Shown here piece by piece: positions 12,401-20,600 of a stretch of 55,952 nucleotides of DNA. The position numbers and the translations under genes are program-made. Source of the DNA: Methanobacteriota archaeon (GTDB lineage: Archaea; Thermoplasmatota; Thermoplasmata; SG8-5; DAIRED01). The notes below the pieces were generated by a model. The model was not told the DNA's origin. It worked only from the letters and a program-made list of their open reading frames with translations, and did not search any database. Within the stretch, counting starts at the first letter, position 1; each line of letters starts with the position of its first letter. The stretch is from positions 1 through 55,952 of the forward strand of contig JAZDNO010000025.1 in the NCBI GenBank assembly GCA_043799545.1. Reading direction: 5' to 3'.

Positions 12401-15400
12401 GGCGGTTTCCTTGAGCACAGGAACATCGTGCCAGAGAGCTATTCGATATACCTCTCGGGCGCAGAGATGAAGACCGGGACGTTCCAGCTCAACCTGGATA
12501 CTGGCGCCCTAAACCTTAGCGATGCGCTCGGGCCCGAGGATTATATCGAGGCCGTTTACAAGTACATCACATACACCCTCGACGCGAAGACTGGAGTCCT
12601 CGAGCTGTCAGACGCGCTGGAAGCTGGCGATACGATTGATGTGAGCTACGAGTACCAGAACTACACGGTCGACCTCGTCCGGGGAATAATCTACTTCTCA
12701 ACCCCGCTCAAATATAATGTGAATGTTTCTGTGGACTACTCGTACGTGCAGTACACGGTGGACGCAATCGAGGGGATTATCAAATTCTCAAAGCCTCTGA
12801 TGCCTGGCGAATCCGTTTCTTGCGGGTATTGGCACTACCTTAACGTCCTTCCAATCCTCGTCAACATCGGCGTTGACGGACCCAACTTTAACATAGGCGG
12901 CGGAGGCGAGACCGGGCTGCTCTTCGGACCGAACGAGGTCACAAGCGGTTTCGGCTCCGGGGAGGGCGACCGGAGGTTCTACTACTTCGACGTTCTGGAG
13001 CAGGGCTACATGGAGACTACCAACCCCAACTACAAGCTCTTCACGGAGCTGAAGTGGGACAACAACCTCACGGACGTCAACGTCCAGGTGTTCGGCGGCC
13101 GGCAGAGCCTGCAGGAAATTCCTGGCATGGGCAGCGACACCTTCTCCAGCGCGCGGTACGGCCCGCACGGCATTTCCCGGGTTGGCACGAGCGACGAGAC
13201 CGCCGGGTTCTTCACGACCACCAACGGGCCGGGCGAAACCATCGCCCTGCCGTACTCCTCGGGCCTCAACGTGCTGGCATTAAACACGGTTGGGTTGAGC
13301 GGCGATGCCCCTACGGAGTTGTTCACCGGGACTGTCGGCACCATGTACATCGACCAGCCCGCCGTGTCGGTCGAGACGAACAAGCTCATCGGCGGCACGA
13401 GCCTTTACATGCATTCCAGCGTACCATGGGACGGTATCGGAGGTTTCGCCTCCGGTCCCTCCGCGCCCAAGGAATACAGGAACATGACTGTCACGCAGGA
13501 CGACCCGAACTGGGCTAACTACGTCAGCTTCGAGGAGCAGCTGTCCTCCGGGGGCACGACGGTCGCCGTGGAATTGAAGGACTGCCTGATATTCCAGGTC
13601 CATCTCATGGGGCAGGTCGATTTCGGTTACAAGGATGTGGTCGACCTTGACCTGGGGATATTCCTGGACGGTTCCAACGACCAGCCGAAGGATGGCAAAA
13701 CGCAGGTCGAGGAGTTCGTTGCCATGGACGCGGACGGGGATGCGGACGAAACTGTCAAACTCATCAAGCCCGTGGACGGAACGTACCTTATCAGGCCGTT
13801 CGGCTTCACCCTGAAGCTGGACCCGGCTCACTTCGACCTCGACATCACGATTGTCCAGGGCAAGGGCTTTGCGGTGAGCGGGGGCATGACCGATGTCATC
13901 CCAGCGTTCACGCCGACTGACATCGGACTTTCTTGGGTGCTGCCCGGCGACACGAAGGAAGGGAAGCTCCTGGGAGCCATGTACATGGGACCTGCGGACG
14001 CGCAGATGTGCCTCCTGGTTCCGATAGAGATAGAGTACGACGTGACCCCGCCGTCTGTGTCCGGCATAACCCCGGCCGACGGAACATACACCACCGACAG
14101 GACGCCATTGATATCAACTTCATTCATCGATCCAATCCTCGGGAAGATAGATCCAGATTCCATTGACCTGAAGATTGACGGGGAAAGCATGCGAGCCTCG
14201 GCGATCATCAACGCCAATTACGGAGCGATGTCGTCCGATGTTTCTACGCTGGGTTACTGGACGGCTACAATCAGCCTGACGCCCCAGGTGGATCTGCCTG
14301 ATGGCGGGCACAGCATACAGGTTTCGGTCTCGGACAAAGCCGGCAATGTCGAGACTGTGGACTGGGTTATCACCGTGGACACGCAGGCTCCAGAACTGCA
14401 AATAGCGAGCCCTCCCAGCGACATATACGTCAGCGACCTCGGCGGCGTAACAGTCAACGGTTCCGCAACGCCTGGAAGCGACATCTTGGCTTTCAACGGC
14501 GCGAACGAGGTTAAGACGAGCCTGGACGCGAACGGAGAGTTCGGATTCGCGGTCACGGACCTGGTCGACGGCGCGAATGAAATCAAGGTCAGGGCGACGG
14601 ATGCCGCTGGCAACATGGTTGAAGTTGTAAGGCGGATATACTTGGACACGACGACGCCCCGGATAATTTCAATAGCCAGCGAGAGTGGCTCCCTTACAAA
14701 CCGCCCCAGCACTAGGTTCACCGGGAAGGTGGACAAGGCCGGGCAGATGGCATTGAACGGAATCCCGATAGCGGTATTCCCCGACGGCACGTTCGAGCAC
14801 ATCGCGCTGCTGACAGAAGGAGTGAACGTCTTCGAGTTCCAGTTCACGGACCTCGCGGGAACTGTCGTCAAAGCCTGGAAGAACGTGACCAAGGACACCA
14901 TCGCTCCGGAGATATGGATAACCGAATCGCAGGCGCGATCGACCAACGGCACGTACGTGCTGGCCGGGACAACAGATGCAGATTCGTCGGTCGGGGTGAA
15001 CGGGAAGCCGGTCGTCCTCGACGCGGACGGTGGCTTCGTCAAGAACATCGATCTCAGCTACGGAATCAACACAATCGTTGTCACGAGCAAGGACACCGCG
15101 GGCAACATCGCAGAGAACCGTGTGATTGTGTATTACGACATCGGACCGGGTTTGGACTTGGGTGGAATGCTGTGCATCACGGTAATCGCGATGTGGTTCG
15201 TAGTCTGGTTGCTGGTCGGGATATGGGTGTACAAGGATGCCCGCAGCAGGGGAATGAGCGGAGCCTTATGGATGCTCATCGTGCTGTTCCTCGGGCTTCT
15301 CGGCATCATCTTGTACATGATAATACGGAAGAAACACCCGAAAATCCCGCAGGAGCCTCCGGTAACGCCGCCGGAAGCGGATGCGCAATCTCCAGAGGCT

Positions 15401-15715
15401 AGCCCGGAACCCGTCGAGCAGGAAGTTGCCGGACCGAGCGAGGGCGAGCTTCTGCCCATGCCGCCAGTAGTCGAAGAACCGGCGGTACCCGAGGCCCCGC
15501 TGGACGAACCGATGCCCGAAGCTCCAACCGCAGAGCCGGCTGCCCTGGAACCCGAGGCCCCCAAGCCCGCCGAACCCATCGCCGCGACCGAGCCCATCGA
15601 GGAAATGGACCCGCTGAAGGCAGAGCGCATCGCGAAGCTCGACAAGGCCCTGGCAGACGGTAAGATATCGAAGGAGCTGTACGAGAAGAACATGGCGCGC
15701 ATCAAGAGCCAGTAA
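6479..15715 (+). CDS. Giant (~3078 aa) membrane-anchored pyrolysin-like S8-fold protein, predicted catalytically inactive
   Basis: ORF track gives 6431..15715; ATG 6479 follows GGAGG and begins a signal peptide. S8 scaffold motifs are recognisable (G.GVNVAV..GVDFGHEDL, GTINSPASSPGVISVG, SSGRGP, PDV...G, QGAGMVNA) but the catalytic positions are substituted. C-terminal Ig-like repeats, hydrophobic helices, Pro/Glu-rich linker, SHOCT-like end. Many N-x-S/T sequons. Confidence 0.9.
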   Translation: MARLSVGIMSAWMALLVVLSGISGIATTWGGGDGAFGPHVDTEWQTGHSSIDDALGEPTGAAGETFQKMTRVVVVTTDVGELTSFLSKYKYEGLIGSKTSSRKGVAFPILTLPKEIISDLESKPYILGVYPYSEGTETGIKSAERADAAGEPTDDSLSAGQMDEIMRFLGAPYYQGAEDAWALGYSGDGVNVAVVTGGVDFGHEDLMGRYATSGSGDYAGWPIAFDGSSLSAYIADGPQSGTETPNGDSWYVNTSSTDMRILHTVIVDGTNDFWVEMNTHKTANQTYDLNETTEVRGRDPTNDVSPSEFDLGSSYVAQDANKWFLGFDVTKSSELAPRVKNVRYGIYIDTDGGASTSGATIDPMGNKVETNSTNRPEYAIYMTHYGEYWGVKGTIVRWVKGAGGDWGTYQTNVDWGVDGNTGKWNRNNTFRIDSTGVTIDYWEVQSDLQVWSKNDTVLKSSVRVFGWNGTAWNYTSLLTDTVNKTGFKGEFTMKSGFVEMSIPRASLRNANTLSMAVMSFGLNVSRPQDSIPKEFPKVFNATPDWGKAIVTLTNYTVVGVPHSYVTAGIPSAGGKMRIGLHPDQNLITYHYGRPVAVLLTDSLVANVYDSVYVDLDNDKNFSDERPMQRYGAYNAALMIGPQWGTVRYSNNTLLHNNTWYDIKNVVTEVLWSNETLKQSAVGGETVFYVGNESANAATLVVNRPASHAVKFDNSSVYTCDGTETAPFDFPLGNSDIVEVGNISMEIPSTEPNAGWYNLNYSHFSINNATGVATFKGHPSLVNDWNNQSSGPVYTHNIPINGTDTVNFYLPYSPVVSWLLLEDGSSTLACYEETVLGGWFPLDYSNGDFTIDNATGLVSISPFDDGEPGELVPAGMVVYMNFSYSVDPVSGTEFSADYRYTQPVNPAYTFDPITRKLELAEGLVAGDTLSVMYSYNVVNPAAASDRYGLIYYNGQNRTVELREWAASKDIDADGGKGDGKAFPDLSGGMAYFISRASEVSNEALTLLENGTYAILGHTNIVNNSWTVRVNSSVYGLDKVKVNTETGRMDFSPALWPTSTVFVDYDYDGLAIPYSQAYCERNGGIDNVIPANGDMVALTGSFDLDYSQGTEIATAIVGGGVSVDGNGESLLKGMAPNARLISIRADPFSAWYFAVEGYDGNVTTINDQAQIVAITSVYGLNGDGFDIYSRAVDYISTVYAAGRTVFLAGTGDAGHGYGTINSPASSPGVISVGQGTNFAYRNYKPKAPDSLARAYADGGPNARQGNVLPSSGRGPSMLGYPEPDVISTGAFLFVGTPLNGDQDATSPMDLQWEGGQWAWDLVSGSWLAGSTAVGATALVMQAYKEAHGTFPTISMVRRILASSADNLNYDPLSQGAGMVNALRGVKMASDKDGILMDTTFWTPGEYRGTTYDAFVHLMKPGQNATKNVNLTNVNPTLASNVKVYDAVFMKFDSLDFDINITKNYDDDRVPGLINIEPLVPRGTELLRASVFSHASASGMKSYMAEFFDWTDTNDNGKMDFTGEQNRVTYSIGTNAMEIRLRDPLGAYHDGIGLQIKDFGGDGTVLNDWHVQLAFYTQVDWSWLSLQSTPSSIDAGKYDIYGMTLAVPAGTPMGSYEGAVYTIEQMPTENDIAVGVGTYVKSDSFWDVSEGIPNPDERYGTWFTPRYARVDNLTVRGGEVSIVEGSTTVYWNGSALNEGTDYSIAPGGEIMFFYDIPLGAQPFFNISYLVLEIDPATGNTIENPATSAKLNMGNLKKGNYTVYKNGAEFQENNPVSEVVMTSLGGETKVNLDYGGVTRQSATVFLNGTAMPQEGGSVVDEAVVSPALGGETYANLSRGALVPGSATIVKNGDVLPQTDEISMYDKEQVVGLKATVTTVTDEALALGAPNMAKSIWYESGSWYGLLNINSYYADNYKIISYNMYANGVSLTDGVNVTMNIANGTGVTIYGLFRLNPVGLDPFNDTFKVTYKYYDMTLKGGFLEHRNIVPESYSIYLSGAEMKTGTFQLNLDTGALNLSDALGPEDYIEAVYKYITYTLDAKTGVLELSDALEAGDTIDVSYEYQNYTVDLVRGIIYFSTPLKYNVNVSVDYSYVQYTVDAIEGIIKFSKPLMPGESVSCGYWHYLNVLPILVNIGVDGPNFNIGGGGETGLLFGPNEVTSGFGSGEGDRRFYYFDVLEQGYMETTNPNYKLFTELKWDNNLTDVNVQVFGGRQSLQEIPGMGSDTFSSARYGPHGISRVGTSDETAGFFTTTNGPGETIALPYSSGLNVLALNTVGLSGDAPTELFTGTVGTMYIDQPAVSVETNKLIGGTSLYMHSSVPWDGIGGFASGPSAPKEYRNMTVTQDDPNWANYVSFEEQLSSGGTTVAVELKDCLIFQVHLMGQVDFGYKDVVDLDLGIFLDGSNDQPKDGKTQVEEFVAMDADGDADETVKLIKPVDGTYLIRPFGFTLKLDPAHFDLDITIVQGKGFAVSGGMTDVIPAFTPTDIGLSWVLPGDTKEGKLLGAMYMGPADAQMCLLVPIEIEYDVTPPSVSGITPADGTYTTDRTPLISTSFIDPILGKIDPDSIDLKIDGESMRASAIINANYGAMSSDVSTLGYWTATISLTPQVDLPDGGHSIQVSVSDKAGNVETVDWVITVDTQAPELQIASPPSDIYVSDLGGVTVNGSATPGSDILAFNGANEVKTSLDANGEFGFAVTDLVDGANEIKVRATDAAGNMVEVVRRIYLDTTTPRIISIASESGSLTNRPSTRFTGKVDKAGQMALNGIPIAVFPDGTFEHIALLTEGVNVFEFQFTDLAGTVVKAWKNVTKDTIAPEIWITESQARSTNGTYVLAGTTDADSSVGVNGKPVVLDADGGFVKNIDLSYGINTIVVTSKDTAGNIAENRVIVYYDIGPGLDLGGMLCITVIAMWFVVWLLVGIWVYKDARSRGMSGALWMLIVLFLGLLGIILYMIIRKKHPKIPQEPPVTPPEADAQSPEASPEPVEQEVAGPSEGELLPMPPVVEEPAVPEAPLDEPMPEAPTAEPAALEPEAPKPAEPIAATEPIEEMDPLKAERIAKLDKALADGKISKELYEKNMARIKSQ

Positions 15716-15725
15716 ATCTGCCATG

Positions 15726-15780
15726 GAGGTTCGCGAGCGAACCTCAAGAGGCTCGCGCACGAGACTCAAAAACCTTTTTA
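15726..15780. repeat. Hairpin plus degenerate copy of a short dispersed intergenic repeat; probable terminator between convergent genes
   Basis: Perfect 9-bp stem GAGGTTCGC-ga-GCGAACCTC (15726-15745), followed by cgagactcaaaaaccttttta, which resembles the elements at 20941 and 31987. Confidence 0.5.
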
Positions 15781-15816
15781 CCTTTCCATTTCAATTTTGC
15801 ATAGCGCCAAGCATGG

Positions 15817-17514
15817 TTATCCGGAAATCTCTTCGTCGTCCCCGCGCGCCCTGCGGTCCACTTCTTCCGTGAAGTCCATGGGATTCTTCGGAATGCCATT
15901 GACGAGGTCCAGCGGCGGGTCGTTGCAGAAAGACGGGTCGCATCTCTTCCTCGTGCCGTAGCCTACGAGGTCTGGAGGCAGACCCGCCATGCGCATGCAC
16001 GCCTTCGTCGCCTTCCTCCCGTGCTTCCACCTCGTTATCGACCAGTAACCGGCAAAGAGGAACGGATTCACCCACCATTTGTCCTCGCTGGCCCAGAAGT
16101 CGATGTTGTGCTTCCAGCATCGCGTGATGAACTCCCACTGTCGCTCGGACAGTCTCTCCAGGTCGACGCGCTTCGCGTCCGAGAGGACGGCTTCTTCGAT
16201 GGGGATGAATACGAGCGGCGTGAGGAAGCTCTTGGTGTCCATTAGGTCGTCGATGAGCTCCAGCGTCTGTATGAGGTCATCCTCGTTCTCGTCCGGCAGC
16301 CCCGTCATCAGCGTCGCAAGGGGCCACCAGTCGTGCTCGTTCATGTTGTTGAAACCCTGCACGACGAGCTCGCGCCACGAGTCAGCCTTGTAAGGCAGAG
16401 CCTTCCCGCGCATCGACTTGTTCATCAACCTGGCCGAGCCGGTCTCGACCCCGACCTCGACGGTGATGAACTTCTTCTTGTAGGATTTCTTGTAATGCGG
16501 CCCCCAGCGGGTTTTTGACATCATGACCGGCGTTATCTCCTCGAGGACGCTTTTGTCGTAGACGATTGGAGCCAACGCGGCGTGGGAAGCCTGTATATAT
16601 TTGACCCCTGGAACTTCTGCTACCGCGGTGAGCATATTCTTCAACCTGTGTTTGTCGGGCACGAACTTGCTCTTGCAGCCATATAGGAACAAATCTTCTG
16701 TCGCGAGGAACGCCATGTCCGCGCCCTGGCTGACGTTCAGCTTCACCTCAGCGACGATGGTCTCGATGGGGACGTAATGCCTCTTGCGCATCGTCGGCGT
16801 GCAGAACGCGCAGCCCCTTCCGCAGCCTCTGGTGATTTCGACCATGCCGTAGCACGACGCGCCCTGGATGAGCGGGATGGTGTCGTAATCCGGCAGCCCC
16901 CCGTGGACGTCTGTGGGCACGTTCTCGCCCGCAAGAACCTTCTTGACCAGCGCGACGAGCTCCTTCTCCGCCATGCCGTGGAAGAGCACGTCGATTCCCA
17001 GCGGCTCCCGCATCTTCGCCTCGTTGACCTGCCAAACGCCTGCGCCGCCCATGAGGACCGTGCCCTTGAAATCCTTGAAAACAGGATTGGCCATCATCCT
17101 GCGGAACTCCTCGGCGTTCAGGCCGTCGCCGCCGATGCCGATGAGCGAGTTGTAGGTCGTCGAGACGTAGGCCAGCGAGACCGGGTCCATCGACGAGATG
17201 CCGATGATTTTCGTGTTCGGGCCGACGACCCTGTCGAGGTGCTGCGGGTAGCAGACGATGACCTTGTCCTTCCCGAAGCTGTTCTTCAGGAGGGCCTCGA
17301 CCTTTCGCAGGCCGTAGAGCGCGAACTTGGCGCTACCGTCCGGATTGGCATTCATCCCGTCCTCGTAGTACTTCTTCTCCCAGGCGCGTGGAAAAAGGCC
17401 GTGCGGGAAGGTGCAGTAGAACGCCAGGAAAGGGTCGAGACCGTAGTCGGCCATCTCCGCCCTGGAAGCGGTCAGCACGATTTCGTACCCTCCGGCTGGC
17501 TTGGAGTCAGACAC
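15817..17514 (-). CDS. Radical SAM superfamily Fe-S oxidoreductase (archaeal type with long N-terminal domain)
   Basis: EITRGCGRGCAFC (CxxxCxxC), GVETGS motif, LMTGLPDE; 565 aa, GTG start. Confidence 0.85.
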   Translation of the reverse strand: MSDSKPAGGYEIVLTASRAEMADYGLDPFLAFYCTFPHGLFPRAWEKKYYEDGMNANPDGSAKFALYGLRKVEALLKNSFGKDKVIVCYPQHLDRVVGPNTKIIGISSMDPVSLAYVSTTYNSLIGIGGDGLNAEEFRRMMANPVFKDFKGTVLMGGAGVWQVNEAKMREPLGIDVLFHGMAEKELVALVKKVLAGENVPTDVHGGLPDYDTIPLIQGASCYGMVEITRGCGRGCAFCTPTMRKRHYVPIETIVAEVKLNVSQGADMAFLATEDLFLYGCKSKFVPDKHRLKNMLTAVAEVPGVKYIQASHAALAPIVYDKSVLEEITPVMMSKTRWGPHYKKSYKKKFITVEVGVETGSARLMNKSMRGKALPYKADSWRELVVQGFNNMNEHDWWPLATLMTGLPDENEDDLIQTLELIDDLMDTKSFLTPLVFIPIEEAVLSDAKRVDLERLSERQWEFITRCWKHNIDFWASEDKWWVNPFLFAGYWSITRWKHGRKATKACMRMAGLPPDLVGYGTRKRCDPSFCNDPPLDLVNGIPKNPMDFTEEVDRRARGDDEEISG

Positions 17515-17629
17515 GAACCGGGGGAAAGGGTCTGCTGATATAGAATTTTCGGATAAATATATACAAGTTCATTGGGGACACGGTCCACCATCGTAAAAAT
17601 AATATATGGATATCTCACTGCAACCCTAG

Positions 17630-20600
17630 GTGGCTTTAATGAAAAACAAAGAATTCAGGAAGAGTGGTGTTGGCCAAATAGAAAAATGCAGATATTATGC
17701 AGTCGCTTTAATCCTTATCTTATCAATAATACCAATGCTTGGTAATAACGTTAAAGGATATGAATCGCATTCGCCGATAAGGATAAATAGGAACTCCGAT
17801 TTCACTGAAGCAAATGGTGTTTCTAGTGGCAATGGAACTGAAGCTAACCCCTACATAATAGAGAATTGGGACATTAATGGAACAGGATATGGGTGTTGCA
17901 TCTATATTGGAAATACCACAAGCTATTTCAATATTGTAGATTGCTACTTACATCATACGACTGGTGTAGGTAGTAGCTTTTACTGGAACTCGGGAATTGT
18001 CTTTTACAATGCTAGAAATGGCTACATCGAAAATGTTACTTCGTATCACAATAATGGCCATGGTTTTTATCTTGATAGAAGTGATTATAATATATTCGAA
18101 CATTGTAACGCTTCCGAGAATGGGCGAGCGGGATTTAGTATGTGGTATTGGTCGGACCATAATTTTATATGGAATTCAAGTGCGATTGATAATTCCTGTG
18201 GTACCACAACATATGATGGGGGATTTTCATTCGTTGTGTGTAATAACAATGAAATAGATAACTGTAACTCAGATGAAAATTATAATGGAATTAAGATATA
18301 TGAAGCATATAGAATCACAATCTCAAATTCAACGATAGCTGAAAACACATATGGCGCATATATAAATTTGCCAGCATCGCATAATATTTCCGTGAGAAAT
18401 TCATCCTTTGAGCATAACACATATGGGTATTATGCCTATAATAGCAGATATTGCTCACTTTCTGGCTGCAATATCTCAAATTCAACATCATATGGAATCT
18501 ATTTGTATCTTAGTCGATATTTTAACATAGATAATACTACACTTTGGAATCACCAAAGCAACTACCTTTCAATTTATGCTAATGTAAAGGATGATGCAAA
18601 TCATACGATTTCATCATCAAATAAAATAAATGGTAAAGATGTATATTACATTTTTAACCTTGTGAATTTATCCTATGCCAATAAAATAGCAGGGCATTTT
18701 ACACTCGCGTATTGTGGCAATATCTCGTTGACTAACATTACTGTCAGTAGGGGTGATTCTCTGAATTTATGGTATACAAGTAACTCATCACTTGACAATT
18801 GCACATCTGAGAATAATACCTTCGGTATACGACTTACCAAAGTCTCGAATACATTTATTGAACAATGTTCGATTATGAATAACAGTTTTAATGGTATTCA
18901 TGCGGAATCAACTGATAATTGCACCGTACGGTCATGCACAATAAAAAATCATAAAGTCGCACCATATGGTTTGGGAATACGATTTGTAGGTGGTAAAAAT
19001 AACCAAATTGAAAATAATAATGTGTCGTTTAACAGGGTTGGAATACACGGTGGCTATCCGTCATTTCAAAATAATTGCATACAAAATAATAATGTTTGGA
19101 ATAACTCAATTTATGGAATCAACACAGAACATGGTGATTCAAACAATGTTATAAAAGAAAATATGGTCGCGCATTCCCCTGGGGGTGGTATCGTTCTTGA
19201 ATATATAAACACGGCTCCACCTCTTAATGACTCAGTTTTAAACAACACGATTATTGGTACAAATGGAAATAATAAAGGATATGTCGGAATTAAAATATCT
19301 AACGCTCGTGACGGCGGTACTCAACCAACACCAATGTCAAACAAGATAAATATATCCTCTAATTCAATAATTGATTGTTCATATGGCATAATGTTAGCTT
19401 ACTCAAAAAATAATAGTATAAAAGAAAATACAATAAAGAACTGTACCAATAGCTTGTACGTTATTTACCAATCAGCAAATAATGCAATATACCATAATAA
19501 TCTTTACAACTCTGCGTATGACAGTTCTGGCTTTAATTCATGGGACAACGGTTATCCATCCGGCGGGAACTACTGGAGCGACTACAACGGAACCGACGAA
19601 TACTGCGGCCCCGGACAGAACCTAATCGGATGGGACAACATCGGCGATACACTCTATGACGACATCGACGGATCCGCCAACGCTTTTGATGGATATCCAC
19701 TGATGAGGCCTTGGCCATGCGAAACGAGGTCAAACAGGGACGTAATTCGAATCAAATCAAACGACGATTTCGACGATGACCATGGCGTCAGTGAGGGCAA
19801 CGGTTCGTCTTCAAATCCCTACGTCATCGAGAATTTTATAATAAACGGTACGGGATATGGGTATTGCATATATATCGGGAATACGACGGACTACTTCGTC
19901 ATCAGGGATTGTTATCTCCACAATGCTAGTGGCGGCTATTACTATAATGCTGGAGCAGTGCTTTACAACGTGTCAAACGGCATGATAGATAACTCAACTT
20001 TTGCCTACAGTTACAATGGAATCTACATTTACGGCGATTCAGACGAAAATACTATACAGAACAACACCGCTATACTTAACGAATATTCTGGGATAATGCT
20101 GGTAGACGGATGCGGCAACAACGTAATTATTTATAATACCGCCACTTCTAACAGCTTTGTTGGGATTCATCTCTACGACGATTGCGATTTCAACACGGTT
20201 AGCTACAACAACGCATCATCGAACCTGTACGAAGGGATAATCCTTTCTTACTCTGATCATAACTTTGTCGAGGGGAACGTAGTTACCTTAAACAGCGAAG
20301 TTGGGATAGTATTGGACGAATCCGATTGGAACTCGATATCCGAAAACAACGCTTCCTCAAACGTATATCCTGGATTGTGGCTTACCGCAGCAGACAACAA
20401 CACGATAGATGGCAATGAGATTTGGTCAAACGGAGACTCGGCGATATATCTTGAACAATTTAACAACAATAACGTGATACTCAGTAACACGATTGGAACG
20501 AATGACTGTGGTGTATATATTGACCCTGAGGATAATGACCACAACTCGATATACCACAACGATTTCCTGGACAATACCGTCCAGGCATACGACGATGGGG

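Noticed and set aside
15350-15610. Pro/Glu/Ala-rich repetitive DNA as a tandem repeat or CRISPR-like array
   Set aside because: Low-complexity coding linker; no constant-length repeat-spacer structure. I saw no CRISPR array anywhere in the window.
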